This document shows, in pieces, positions 31,645 through 41,821 of a stretch of DNA of 64,000 nt (position 1 is the stretch's first letter; every line of letters starts with the position of its first letter). The stretch comes from an uncultured Gemmatimonadales bacterium (lineage in GTDB: Bacteria > Gemmatimonadota > Gemmatimonadetes > Gemmatimonadales > GWC2-71-9), in the NCBI GenBank assembly GCA_963828735.1, contig CAWHFW010000005.1, positions 1,248,001 through 1,312,000 of the forward strand. The letters run 5' to 3'. The position numbers and the translations under genes were made by a program. The notes beneath the pieces were generated by a model. It did no database searches. It was not told where the DNA came from and was given only the letters and a program-made list of their open reading frames with translations.

Positions 31645-32755
31645 CAGCGGCCGCCGCCTTCCGGATTACCTCGTCGTAGATCCGCATGACATCGCGCGCC
31701 GCGGCTTCGGCGGAAAAATCCTGCTCGACGCGAGTCCGGGCGGCCGCCGCCAACCTTCCGGCGAGACCCGGATCGGCTTGCAGGCGGCGAATCGCCGCCG
31801 CGAGTGCCGCGGCATCGCGCGGCGGGACCAGCAACCCCGACTTCTCGGAGGCGATGGCTTCGTCCGTGCCGCCGATGGCGGTGGCCACCACGGGGCGCTC
31901 GGCGGCCATCGCCTCGAGTACGGCCACCGGCAGTCCCTCGAACAGGGACGGCAGCACCACCAGGTCCGCGGCTGCCAGCAGGTCGGGCACGTCCGAACGT
32001 TCGCCGAGGAACAGGCATCGATCCGCCACGCCCGCCTCACGCGCCTGGGCCTCCAGGTCGGCGCGCAGGGGACCGTCGCCGGCGAAGACGAACGTCGCAC
32101 CCGGGACGGCGGCGGCGGCGGCGACGAGATACTCGTGGCCCTTCTGCGCATGCAGTCGCGCCGGTGTCATGATCACGTAGTCAGGTCGCCCACCGACGAG
32201 CGACGCCCGAAACGCCGGATTCACGGTGCGGCCTCGGGGCGGCACCCTGATCGCATTGCGGACCACGGTCAGCCGCTCGGTCGGCATATGGAGATCCTGG
32301 ATGAATCGCGAGCGCGTTTCCTCGGACACGGCGATGATTCGCTGGTAGGCTCGAAGCAGGGCCAGCGGCTGACGCGTTCCGTCCGAAGGGAGGAACAGCT
32401 GCGCCGTGCCGATGATGCCCGGCACGCGCGCGAGCCAGGCCGCCAGCACCCCGTGCTTGCAGGCGAACGGCCAGCTCAGATGCGCGTGCACGATCGCGGG
32501 CCGTTCCGCGCGCAACACGCGCCGCAAACGGTTCACCCCTGCGACTCGGCGGCCCCGGGTCACTCGCGGCACCTCGAGGGTGGCGATTCCGACCGACGCT
32601 GCTCCCTCAACCAGACGGGCGATGCCCGCACCAGGATGATGGAGCAGCATCGGCTCCCAGCGGTCGCGATCCAGAGCGCCCATGAGGTGGAGGGCCGCCT
32701 CCTCGCACCCGCCGAAGATTTCGCTGTCGAGGTAGTGAACCACGCGGCGTTTCAC
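31637..32755 (-). CDS. Glycosyltransferase family 4
   Basis: FGGCE, ARLHAQKG, LPSLFEGLPVAVLEAMAA. GTG start overlaps the upstream stop. Confidence 0.92.
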   Translation of the reverse strand: MKRRVVHYLDSEIFGGCEEAALHLMGALDRDRWEPMLLHHPGAGIARLVEGAASVGIATLEVPRVTRGRRVAGVNRLRRVLRAERPAIVHAHLSWPFACKHGVLAAWLARVPGIIGTAQLFLPSDGTRQPLALLRAYQRIIAVSEETRSRFIQDLHMPTERLTVVRNAIRVPPRGRTVNPAFRASLVGGRPDYVIMTPARLHAQKGHEYLVAAAAAVPGATFVFAGDGPLRADLEAQAREAGVADRCLFLGERSDVPDLLAAADLVVLPSLFEGLPVAVLEAMAAERPVVATAIGGTDEAIASEKSGLLVPPRDAAALAAAIRRLQADPGLAGRLAAAARTRVEQDFSAEAAARDVMRIYDEVIRKAAAADA

Positions 32756-33948
32756 GGCCCACTCCCCACCGGCTGGCAGACTGCCTCCGCCAGGGCCTGC
32801 AGGTTGCGCTCGTGGTAGGCGTGGGCAAAGGCGGTGGCTCTCTCGGCGAGCGCGGTCGCCTCCGCGGGGTCCCGCAGCAGCTCGACCAGGTGGTCGGCAA
32901 ACTCCTCGGCCGACGTCGCCTGCCGGAAGGCGGAGCCCGCACCGTCTTCCAATCCTCGCCCGCCGGAGGCAGTGGTCACGAGAGGGCGGCCGTGGAGCAG
33001 CGCATCCACCGACTTGATGCTGAGGCCGGTACCGAACTGTTGGGGATTGATGACGACCGCGGACCGCCGATAGGTCTCCCCGAGCGCCTCGACGAAGCCG
33101 AGCCGTCGGACGCCGGGCGCGGAGCCTCGAATGCGGTCGCTGATGCCCCCGACCAGCCAAAGCTCGGCGTCGGCAACTCGCCGGCGCACGAGAGGAAGCA
33201 CCCTCTCGATGAACCAGCCCACTCCGTGCACGTTGATGCCCATGGGCCCGCCGACGAACAGCATGGTCGGCTCACCAGTTCCGTCCGGCGAGTCGCTCGC
33301 AACCGGAGCCAGGTGCCCTACGACGGTGACCGGGCGACGCGCCAGGGATCGGAAGTGGCGCGCGTCCCATTCCTGAATCGCAAGCACGGTGTCGGCGCGA
33401 TCGAGCGCCTTCGCCTCCTCGTCGCGGCGGGTCGAGAAGAACTCGCTGGCCTGACCGTGCTCCCGGTACAGGCGAAAACGCTCCGAGAACACATCGTGGG
33501 TGTCGAGCAGCCGGCGGGTCGGCCGCGAGACGCTGTCCAACAGCTTGGAGTAGAAGACGTAGGAGAGGACGACCGCGTCGAAGCCGCCGTTGTCGACGAG
33601 TCGCTCGAGACGTCGCGCGCCTTCAGCATCGTGGTAGCTGTCCACCGGAAGGTCGAGGTGAAGGAGCTTTCCCGCGAGCCGCACAGCCTTCCGGCGCCCT
33701 CGGCCGATGAAGCTGGACGGACTGAGACTGCGATGGACGTGAAGCCTGTCGCCCCAGGCCGCCCGCATTTCCCGATCGTCCTGCCGAAGCGGCTGCTGCA
33801 GGTGAAGGAAGTGTACCTCATGCCCCAGGAGGCGAAGGGCATCCGCCATGTGCCGCACCCTCGCGCTGGCGCCGGTGGCGCTCGGATGGGTCGGCACGGG
33901 CGCGACCAGGAGGAGTTTCCCCTTGTCTGCGCCCTTAGCGGTATTCAA
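32752..33948 (-). CDS. Glycosyltransferase family 4-like
   Basis: LLDTHDV, N..GVGWF, LGFV, GTGLSIKSVDAL..GRPLVTT. Confidence 0.85.
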   Translation of the reverse strand: MNTAKGADKGKLLLVAPVPTHPSATGASARVRHMADALRLLGHEVHFLHLQQPLRQDDREMRAAWGDRLHVHRSLSPSSFIGRGRRKAVRLAGKLLHLDLPVDSYHDAEGARRLERLVDNGGFDAVVLSYVFYSKLLDSVSRPTRRLLDTHDVFSERFRLYREHGQASEFFSTRRDEEAKALDRADTVLAIQEWDARHFRSLARRPVTVVGHLAPVASDSPDGTGEPTMLFVGGPMGINVHGVGWFIERVLPLVRRRVADAELWLVGGISDRIRGSAPGVRRLGFVEALGETYRRSAVVINPQQFGTGLSIKSVDALLHGRPLVTTASGGRGLEDGAGSAFRQATSAEEFADHLVELLRDPAEATALAERATAFAHAYHERNLQALAEAVCQPVGSGP

Positions 33949-35074
33949 ACCGGGCCTTCAGGCGATTGATGGGCGCTTCGAACAAGTGCCACGAGGCCGC
34001 GGCGACCAGGATCGACGCACCAGCGTAAAAGGCGAGGAACGGGAGGGTCTCGTTTCCCAGCGGCGCCAGCAGATCGGGATATCCGGCCCGTCGCGCGAGC
34101 TTGGGCAGCAGGTCCGGCAGCATGAGATGATAGACGTAGATCCCATAGCTAATGGTGCCGAGGTATCGCATGGGCGTCGATGCCAGCACGCGGCCGGGGA
34201 TCCCGCTCATGCCGCGCGCAGCGTGCGCCACCACCCAGACACCCAGGAGCGCCACGGCAAGATCGAAGGATACCATGCGGAAGCTCCACCAGCCGCCGGT
34301 ACGTTCGGCCATGATGTAGGCGGCGATCAGCACCACCCCGCTCCAGAGAAACTTGCGATCCACGGGGCGCACCAGCGGATGACCCGCGAACTCCGGGAGC
34401 ACGGTCATGGCCAGGTAGGCCCCTAGCGCCAGCGAGTCGATGCAGCCCGGGAGGAGGATAGGCGTAATGTCGTTCCCCGTGATGATGGCATAGACCACAT
34501 ACCGGAAGACCGGGCCGATGGCGGCGGCGCCAAGCGCGATGCCCGGCAGCCAGCGGCGAGGGGCGAACAGGATGACCCAGGGCCAGATGAGATAGAACTG
34601 CTCTTCCACCGCGAGCGACCAGAAGTGCCCTACATGGCCACCCCAGGCACCGTGCTGCACTGCATTGTCCAGGAAGAAGCGCACATTGGAGAGATACGCC
34701 GCGTGCCACCAGATCCCTGGCCGGGCGCCCGACACCCGTCCGAGCCACGCGATCGCGAGTGCGAAGTAGTACAGCGGAAAGATCCGCAGCACCCGGCGGA
34801 TGTAGAAGTGTCGCAGCGCCATCCCGCGCGGACTTTCGCTGCGGTCGAGGGCGAAGCGCGTCCGCAGCAGAATCCCGGTGATGAGGAATCCGCTGAGAAC
34901 GAAGAACACCCGCACCCCGATGCCGCCGAGGTGGATGTATTGGCGGACGGGACTGTAGAAGTGGTAGCACACGACCAGCCCGGCGGCAAACGCGCGCAGG
35001 CCATCGAGCTGGGGCAGGTGGCGCAACGGGGTGGTGGACGACCAGATCGTTTCCCGGCGCCTCACAAGACTCAC
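33935..35074 (-). CDS. Membrane O-acyltransferase (Acyl_transf_3, OafA-like)
   Basis: LDGLRA, FFVLSGFLIT, RRVLRIFPLY, HFWSLAVEEQFY, GTISYGIYVYH. Confidence 0.93.
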   Translation of the reverse strand: MSLVRRRETIWSSTTPLRHLPQLDGLRAFAAGLVVCYHFYSPVRQYIHLGGIGVRVFFVLSGFLITGILLRTRFALDRSESPRGMALRHFYIRRVLRIFPLYYFALAIAWLGRVSGARPGIWWHAAYLSNVRFFLDNAVQHGAWGGHVGHFWSLAVEEQFYLIWPWVILFAPRRWLPGIALGAAAIGPVFRYVVYAIITGNDITPILLPGCIDSLALGAYLAMTVLPEFAGHPLVRPVDRKFLWSGVVLIAAYIMAERTGGWWSFRMVSFDLAVALLGVWVVAHAARGMSGIPGRVLASTPMRYLGTISYGIYVYHLMLPDLLPKLARRAGYPDLLAPLGNETLPFLAFYAGASILVAAASWHLFEAPINRLKARFEYR

Positions 35075-35315
35075 GACCTTTCACCCCATCCGGACGCACC
35101 ATATTCTGCTATGGCTCGACGGCGCCGGGTATCGGTCCGGCCGAGGCGATGTACGGCAGTGTGATGGTATCTCGCGGCGAGCATGAGGGTCACGGTACCG
35201 GGGCTCGATGACGACGGTGTGAGGTTGTCCGCTAAGCCGTTATTCAACAACAGTCTGAGTCGCTGTATCCCGGCCGTTCCGGAAGGGTCCCGAGGAGCGG
35301 GAGTCCGGTGCTGGA

Positions 35316-35331
35316 TGGTATGTTTTCTGCA
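35316..35331 (+). promoter_or_regulatory. Candidate sigma54 (-24/-12) promoter of the right glycan operon
   Basis: TGGTATG-TTTT-CTGCA with GG-N10-GC spacing in a divergent intergenic region. Confidence 0.5.
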
Positions 35332-35458
35332 CTTTGCGAGCCGCTTTCCCCACGGCGTTGGCTCGTAGCGCCACGGCCGCGCGGCCCGACCCCAGTCAGC
35401 CATCGGATCCATGTTTCCTGCCGGGAGAGGACGTGAGGCCTACACGGATGGACCGGTC

Positions 35459-37066
35459 GTGACTGCGCCCCCGCTGGTGTCCGTCGTCGCCATCTTCCTG
35501 AACGGCGAGCGGTTTCTCGACGAGGCCATCGGCAGCGTCATCGCGCAAAGCCATCCCCGATGGGAGCTGCTCCTGGTGGACGACGGCTCCTCCGACGGCA
35601 GTAGCGCCATCGCTCGCGGCTGGGCCGAGCGGGACCCGCAGCGCATTCGCTACCTCGAGCATCCGGGTCATCGCAACCAGGGGATGAGCGCGTCGCGCAA
35701 TCTGGGTCTTCGTCATGCGCGGGGCGAGTACCTGGCGCTGCTCGACTCGGACGACGTCTGGCTACCCGAGAAGCTGGAGCGCCAGGTCGCGATCCTCAAC
35801 GAGCACCCCGAAGCGGCCCTGGTCTATGGCGCTCCCTTGTACTGGTTCGGGTGGACGGGACAGGCGGAGGATCGCTCGCGCGACTACGTCATCGATCTCA
35901 AGCTCCCTGCCGATCGCGTGTACCACCCGCCTTCGCTCCTGATCCCGTTCCTTCAGCGGGCGGCGCCGACGCCCTGCCCATCGGACGTCTTGGTGCGGCG
36001 CGAGGCCGCGGAACGGGTTGGCGGTTTCGAGGCCCATTTCACCGGCGTCCACATGGTCTACGAGGATCAAGGGTTCTTTTCAAAGCTGCTTCTCGACGCC
36101 CCCGCGTTTGCGTCCTCCGAGACCTGGGACCGTTACCGGCAACATCCCGAATCGTGCTACGCGATCTCGAAGGCTTCAGGCGGCCGCGAGATCGCGCGCC
36201 AATACTTCCTGCGATGGTTCCGGACCTACCTCCGTCGGCGGGGCGTGAGCGACGGCCCCGTCTGGGTCGCCGTCCGCGACGAGCTCCGTCAGTACGGCTT
36301 CGTGTCGAAAGCCGTGCGGAACGCTCGCCAGGTCGCGCGGGCCACCCTGCCGCTGGGGCTCCGGACCTGGATCGGGGAGCGGGTTCCGGGGCTGGCCGGG
36401 TCCCCCGCGGGCCGTCGGGTGCGCTTCGGCTCGTTCCGCCGGCTCACGCCGGTGAGTCGCCAGTTCGGGTGGGACCGCGGCGGTCTTCCGGTGGACCGGT
36501 ACTATATCGAGGCGTTTCTCGAGCGCCATGCCGCGGACATCGCCGGCCGTGTGCTCGAAGCCCGCGATGACGCCTATACCAGAAAGTACGGCGGCGCCCG
36601 CGTCACCTGCGCCGACGTGCTGCACCCGACCGCCGACAACCCGAAGGCCACGATCGTCACCGACCTGACCTGCGCCGACGACATCCCCGGAAATGCCTTC
36701 GACTGCATCCTGCTCACCCAGGTGCTCCCCTTCATCCCGGACGTCCAGGCCGCGGTCCGGACGATTCACCGGATTCTCCGGCCGGGCGGTGTCGCGCTCG
36801 TCACGCTCCCGGGCATCAGCCAGATCATCCGATACGACATGGACCGGTGGGGCGACTACTGGCGATTCACGTCACTGTCGGCACGCCGGCTGTTCGAGGC
36901 CGCGTTCCCCGCGGGCGACGTGCAGGTCGAGGCACACGGGAACGTGCTCGTCGCCACGGCGTTCCTCCAGGGCCTCTCGACTCGTGACCTGCGCGGGCCC
37001 GAGCTCGAGCACCGCGACCCGGACTACGAAGTGCTCATTACCGTCCGCGCCGTGAAGCATGCGTGA
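35459..37066 (+). CDS. GT2 glycosyltransferase fused to a C-terminal class I SAM-methyltransferase-like domain
   Basis: VDDGSSD, SRNLG, LDSDDVW; C-terminus FGWDRGG.PVDRYYIE, FDCILLTQVL, LRPGG, DYWRFT. Start could be 35411. Confidence 0.85.
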   Translation: MTAPPLVSVVAIFLNGERFLDEAIGSVIAQSHPRWELLLVDDGSSDGSSAIARGWAERDPQRIRYLEHPGHRNQGMSASRNLGLRHARGEYLALLDSDDVWLPEKLERQVAILNEHPEAALVYGAPLYWFGWTGQAEDRSRDYVIDLKLPADRVYHPPSLLIPFLQRAAPTPCPSDVLVRREAAERVGGFEAHFTGVHMVYEDQGFFSKLLLDAPAFASSETWDRYRQHPESCYAISKASGGREIARQYFLRWFRTYLRRRGVSDGPVWVAVRDELRQYGFVSKAVRNARQVARATLPLGLRTWIGERVPGLAGSPAGRRVRFGSFRRLTPVSRQFGWDRGGLPVDRYYIEAFLERHAADIAGRVLEARDDAYTRKYGGARVTCADVLHPTADNPKATIVTDLTCADDIPGNAFDCILLTQVLPFIPDVQAAVRTIHRILRPGGVALVTLPGISQIIRYDMDRWGDYWRFTSLSARRLFEAAFPAGDVQVEAHGNVLVATAFLQGLSTRDLRGPELEHRDPDYEVLITVRAVKHA

Positions 37067-38144
37067 GCCTCCCCGGGTCAGCGTGGTGATGCCGGTGCAC
37101 AACGGCGGCGCGTATCTCGCGCTCGCCATCGAGAGCATCCTCCGCCAGACCTATGGCGACTTCGAGTTCGTGATCGTCGACGACGGCTCGACCGACGTCA
37201 CTCCCCAGGTGCTCCGTGGAGTCCTGGCCGCCGATCCGCGCGTGCGAACGTACGCCCAGGCGCGTTCGGGCCTCGTGGCGTCCCTCAATCGGGGATGCCG
37301 TGAGGCCCGCGGTGCCTACATCGCCCGCATGGACGCCGACGACATCGCCGCTCCCGAGCGCCTGGCGCGACAGGTCGAGTTCCTGGATCGACATGGCAGT
37401 GTGGCCATGGTCGGGAGCGCGGTGGTGCGGATCGATTCGCACGGACGCGAGATCAAGCGGAGCACTTGCCCCACATCCCACGCCGAGATCATCGAAGCCC
37501 TGCGGGAGTATACGCCGTTCACGCATGCCAGCGTCATGCTCCGGGCGGCGGCACTGGAGGCCGTGGGTGGCTACCGGCCGGCCTATCTCGCCGCCGAGGA
37601 CTATGACCTCTGGCTGCGTCTCGCCGAACGGTACGAGCTGGCGAACCTGCCCGACCCGCTGCTCTACTACCGTGTCTACCCCGATCAGATCTCGGTGCGG
37701 CACCTCGAACAGCAGATTCTGTCGGTCGTCGGCGCGCGCGCCGCCGCTCGAGCGCGGAGCGTCACCGGAACCGACCCCAGCCCGCCGGACGGGCCGATCA
37801 CCCGCGACATCCTTCGCGCATGGGGTGTCAGCGATGCGACACTGACCCAGGCCATGGCCGCCGGCTACAGCTATTCGGCCTATACGCTGCAGCAAGCCGG
37901 GCGTCAGGCGGAAGCCATCGACGTCCTGCGCATCGGCCGGCGGTTGTCCAGGGGACACCGGACCGTCACCAGCATGCTGGCGGGCGCCTGCGCCAAACAG
38001 GCACGCGCCGCGTTGCGCGGTGGCAGAGTGACAACCGCGCTCACCTGGGGATTGGAAGCCGTGCGCGTGCGGCCCTCGCTGCCATTCGAGCTCATCCGCG
38101 GCGGGCCGCGGGCGCCGGACCCGGACGCCGGAGCGCGCTCGTGA
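37059..38144 (+). CDS. Glycosyltransferase family 2
   Basis: SVVMPVHN, DDGSTD, ARMDADD, AEDYDLWLR. Confidence 0.92.
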   Translation: MREPPRVSVVMPVHNGGAYLALAIESILRQTYGDFEFVIVDDGSTDVTPQVLRGVLAADPRVRTYAQARSGLVASLNRGCREARGAYIARMDADDIAAPERLARQVEFLDRHGSVAMVGSAVVRIDSHGREIKRSTCPTSHAEIIEALREYTPFTHASVMLRAAALEAVGGYRPAYLAAEDYDLWLRLAERYELANLPDPLLYYRVYPDQISVRHLEQQILSVVGARAAARARSVTGTDPSPPDGPITRDILRAWGVSDATLTQAMAAGYSYSAYTLQQAGRQAEAIDVLRIGRRLSRGHRTVTSMLAGACAKQARAALRGGRVTTALTWGLEAVRVRPSLPFELIRGGPRAPDPDAGARS

Positions 38145-38929
38145 GGGAGGCGCGCATTCCGATCCTGATGTATCACGAGGTGTCACCGCGTCCGCATCCC
38201 GCATTCCGACGCTACACCGTGACGCCGCGCGCGTTCGCGCGGCAGATGCGCTGGCTCGCGGCGTTCAAGTATCAGCCGATCGACATGGACACCCTGCTCC
38301 GCGCACGGCGCGGACTGGGGCCGCTCCCCGAGCGGCCGGTCGTGATCACGTTCGACGACGGCCTCCAGGGCTGCGTGGACCACGCCCTCCCTGTGCTCCG
38401 GGAGCACCGATTCACCGCCGTGTTCTACCTCGTGGCGGGCCTGATGGGAGAGACCAGCCGGTGGCTCCGGCCGGAGCTCGGAATGGACCTTCCCATCATG
38501 AGCTGGGATACCGCCCGCCGGCTCGGCCGTGACGGCTTCCAGTGCGGCGCCCACACGCTCACCCACCCGCGCCTGGCGGGGCTCGACCCGTCACGCCGCC
38601 GCTCCGAGCTCGTCGATGCGCGCGCGCGGCTCGAAGACGAGCTCGGCGGCTCCGTGCGGCATCTCGCATATCCATACGGCTCCTTCGATCGGGCCACGCA
38701 ACAGGTCGCGGATGAGGCCGGCTACCTGACAGCCTGCAGCACCCGGCCCGGGGTCTCGACGGCGGACGACGACTTCTTCGCGCTCAAGCGCATCCCGATC
38801 TACGGTGGGGAAACGTTGTTCGACTTCGCGTGCCGATTGCGCACCGCCTGGACGCTCCCGGAGCGCGTCCGACGGGCGCTCAGAGACACAGCCCGCCGTG
38901 TCACCGGCCGGGCGGATCTCCCCCGGTGA
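38141..38929 (+). CDS. Polysaccharide deacetylase (NodB/CE4)
   Basis: PILMYH, ITFDDG, GAHTLTH, AYPYG. Confidence 0.92.
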   Translation: MREARIPILMYHEVSPRPHPAFRRYTVTPRAFARQMRWLAAFKYQPIDMDTLLRARRGLGPLPERPVVITFDDGLQGCVDHALPVLREHRFTAVFYLVAGLMGETSRWLRPELGMDLPIMSWDTARRLGRDGFQCGAHTLTHPRLAGLDPSRRRSELVDARARLEDELGGSVRHLAYPYGSFDRATQQVADEAGYLTACSTRPGVSTADDDFFALKRIPIYGGETLFDFACRLRTAWTLPERVRRALRDTARRVTGRADLPR

Positions 38930-39948
38930 CCCCGTCGCCAAGAATCACCGTGGTCATCCCGACGTACCAGCGCCGGGATGCCGTGCGGTGCCTGCTGGCG
39001 TCGCTCGCCGCGCAGACCTTCCCGGCCGACGCCCTGGAAGTGATCGTGTCGGTGGACGGCTCGACCGACGGCACCGCGGACGCCGTGCGCGCTTTCGTGG
39101 CTCCGTACACCGTATCGGTGCTGGAAGGTCCGAACCGCGGGCGCGCCGGCGCATGCAACGCGGGCATCCGTGCCGCGAGCGGGGACCTGGTGATCCTCCT
39201 CGACGACGACATGGAGGCCTCGCCGGGACTCCTGACGGCGCACGCGCGAGCGCACCAGCCCTCCGGCAAGCTGGCGGTGGTGGGCGCGGCGCCCATCATC
39301 GCCACGGCCGGATCCCCTCCATTCGTGCGCTATGCCGCCGACGGCTTCCGCTCCCGTCTGGAGCGGCTCGCGCAGCCGGGCTACCGCCTTCGCTTCAGGG
39401 ACGCGTACACCGGCAACTTCTCCGTCCGGCGTGAGGTGCTCCAATCGATCGGCGGGTTCGACGAGGCCTTCCGGGTCTATGGGCATGAGGACTACGAGCT
39501 CGCACTTCGGCTTCAGGCCGAAGGCGTGGAGCTCGTCTACGCACCAGACGCCATCGCCCATCAGCACTACGACAAGACCTTCGCCGCTTTCGCCCGCGAC
39601 GGCATCGCCCGCGGGCGTACGGCGGTCCTGTTCGCCGCCAAGCATCCCAGCGTCGTCGAGAGCATCAAGCTGTCCGAATATGCCCAGGTCCCATGGAAGT
39701 GGCGCGCCCTGCGGTCGCTCCTGCTCCAGGCGGGTCACGTGACCGAGCGTGTTCCCCGCTGGGTGATCGTGGCGGTCACGGCGGCCGAGCGCCGCGAGCC
39801 CGCACGCCTCGACAAGTGGTACCGGTACGCCATCGACTACTTCTACTGGTACGGCGTACGCCAGGGGGAGCGCGATCGGTCGAAGATCTCCGATCGCGCC
39901 ACGGCCCCGCTCGCCGCCCGGTCCACGCGCCCCGGCGTCGGCCGATGA
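38926..39948 (+). CDS. Glycosyltransferase family 2
   Basis: VVIPTYQR, VDGSTD, LDDDM, GGFDEAF..YGHEDYEL. Confidence 0.9.
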   Translation: MTPSPRITVVIPTYQRRDAVRCLLASLAAQTFPADALEVIVSVDGSTDGTADAVRAFVAPYTVSVLEGPNRGRAGACNAGIRAASGDLVILLDDDMEASPGLLTAHARAHQPSGKLAVVGAAPIIATAGSPPFVRYAADGFRSRLERLAQPGYRLRFRDAYTGNFSVRREVLQSIGGFDEAFRVYGHEDYELALRLQAEGVELVYAPDAIAHQHYDKTFAAFARDGIARGRTAVLFAAKHPSVVESIKLSEYAQVPWKWRALRSLLLQAGHVTERVPRWVIVAVTAAERREPARLDKWYRYAIDYFYWYGVRQGERDRSKISDRATAPLAARSTRPGVGR

Positions 39949-40385
39949 GCAGGCCAGGCGCCGCGACGCGAATCACGATCGCGCTGCTCGCGGTGTTCCT
40001 CTACGCCGCGCCGTCGACGGTCCGGTGGGCGCGACGAGCTTCGCGCTGGCCGACCGGCGTCGGGCGGGATGCCGTTTCGACCTACGAGCACCGCTTCGAG
40101 CGCCTGCGCGTCGCGCTTCCGGCAACGGGTGTCGTGGGTTATCAGGGACATCCCGATCCGGCGGCGCGGGCACCGGCGGATGGACCCTCGCCGGCACTGG
40201 TGCACTTCCAACGCTACCTTCTCGCGCAGTACAGTCTGGCCCCCCTCCTGCTGGTGGAGAACACCACGCCAGAATTCGTGATCGGCAACTACGAGCCCGG
40301 CGCCGAGCCGCCCCCTCCGGCTGGATTCCACCAGGCGGCGGCTTTCGGTGACGGCCTGGTGTTGTTTCGGCGGACGGAGCCATGA
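39945..40385 (+). CDS. Hypothetical protein with N-terminal TM/signal segment
   Basis: ATGA overlaps at both ends; AQYSLAP motif. Confidence 0.65.
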   Translation: MSRPGAATRITIALLAVFLYAAPSTVRWARRASRWPTGVGRDAVSTYEHRFERLRVALPATGVVGYQGHPDPAARAPADGPSPALVHFQRYLLAQYSLAPLLLVENTTPEFVIGNYEPGAEPPPPAGFHQAAAFGDGLVLFRRTEP

Positions 40386-41821
40386 TCGCGGCGCTCGCGT
40401 CGTCGTTCGCAGTGTCCGCGGCCCTCGGCATCCTGTTGGTGCGGTGGGTCTGGCCTCGGGACGTGACGCCTTGCCCGCGGCCCCTGCTGGCCGCGCTCGG
40501 CGTAGGGCTCGGTGCGGGAGTCTCCGCCTGCCTGCTCTTTCCGTGGATGGCGGCCTTCGGACCCACGCGGGCGTTTCCGCTGGCCGAGGCCGGTCTCCTC
40601 GCCCTCGTCGCGATCACGACCCTGCGACGCCGACCGCGGTTCCCTGCTGGGACGGCGAACGGGTCTCCAGGCTCGACCGGCCCCGATCGGCTCGCCGCCT
40701 TCGGGTTCGTCGTCACGCTCGTCGCCGCCGGCGCGGCCTTCGTCACCATGCTGCGGCAGGAGCCGCACGGTTCATGGGACGCGTGGATGAACTGGGACAT
40801 GCGGGCCCGCATGATCTTCCTCGGCGGGCCGGCCTGGCGCATCGCATTCTCGCCCGAGATTCCCTGGTCGCACCCGGACTACCCCGTCCTGGTGCCCTCG
40901 CTGGTCGTGCGGAGCTGGCTCTACGCGGGAACCGCGACGCTGCTGGGTCCGGCGCTCGTCGCCGGAACGTTCGCCTTCGGCACGGTCGCGCTTCTCGTGA
41001 GCGGTCTCGCCGCGCTGCGACGGCCCAGTCAAGGCTTCCTGGCGGGCATCGTGCTTCTGAGCACGCCGTTCTTCGTCCGTCACGCCACGTCACTCTACGC
41101 CGATGTGCCGCTGAGCTTCTACTTCCTCGCCACGGTCGTCTGCCTCGCCCTGGACGGGCGTTACGGCGGGGAGACCCGTCGATTCGCGACGCTCGCGGGT
41201 CTCGCCGCCGGGCTCGCGATGTGGACCAAGAACGAAGGCCTGTTGTTCACCCTGTCGATTGCGGCCGGTCTCGCGATCGGCGGCCAGGGCGAGGGATGGC
41301 CAGCCACTCGCCGCCGCCTCGCGGCCTTCGGGCTCGGCCTGCTCCCGCTTCTGGTGCTGGTGGTCGGCTTCAAGATTGCCTTCGCGCCCCCGAACGACCT
41401 GCTGTCCACGCTGGGGATCGAGCGAACCGTCGGACGGCTCACCGCACCGGATCGCTACACGATCGTCCTGCGCGCCTACGCCTCCCACATCGCCACCTTC
41501 GGCGCCAATGGTCTCGCGGGGGCCGTCTGGCCGCTGGCAGCATGCTTCGCCGCGCTCGGCGTCAGCCGGTCCGAGATGGGGCGGCCTTGGGCCCGGGCCG
41601 TCGGAATCGCACTCGTGCTCGTGCTGGTCGGTCACTTCATGGTGTTCGTGAGCATGGCAGATGAGCTCGAGCGCCTCCTCAAGAGCTCGCTCGATCGCCT
41701 GCTGCTGCAACTCTGGCCCAGCGCGCTGTTCCTGGGGTTCATGCTGGCGCGAACGATCGAGGAAGTCGGCCTCGGCCGGCCGGTCGCCGAGCCTGCGCGG
41801 CCTCAGCCGGAGGCTTCATGA
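40382..41821 (+). CDS. Polytopic membrane protein, GT-C-like
   Basis: About 12 TMs; WDAW..W, HPDYP, YADVP and KNEG motifs of the kind seen in PMT/ArnT-like proteins. Confidence 0.65.
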   Translation: MIAALASSFAVSAALGILLVRWVWPRDVTPCPRPLLAALGVGLGAGVSACLLFPWMAAFGPTRAFPLAEAGLLALVAITTLRRRPRFPAGTANGSPGSTGPDRLAAFGFVVTLVAAGAAFVTMLRQEPHGSWDAWMNWDMRARMIFLGGPAWRIAFSPEIPWSHPDYPVLVPSLVVRSWLYAGTATLLGPALVAGTFAFGTVALLVSGLAALRRPSQGFLAGIVLLSTPFFVRHATSLYADVPLSFYFLATVVCLALDGRYGGETRRFATLAGLAAGLAMWTKNEGLLFTLSIAAGLAIGGQGEGWPATRRRLAAFGLGLLPLLVLVVGFKIAFAPPNDLLSTLGIERTVGRLTAPDRYTIVLRAYASHIATFGANGLAGAVWPLAACFAALGVSRSEMGRPWARAVGIALVLVLVGHFMVFVSMADELERLLKSSLDRLLLQLWPSALFLGFMLARTIEEVGLGRPVAEPARPQPEAS

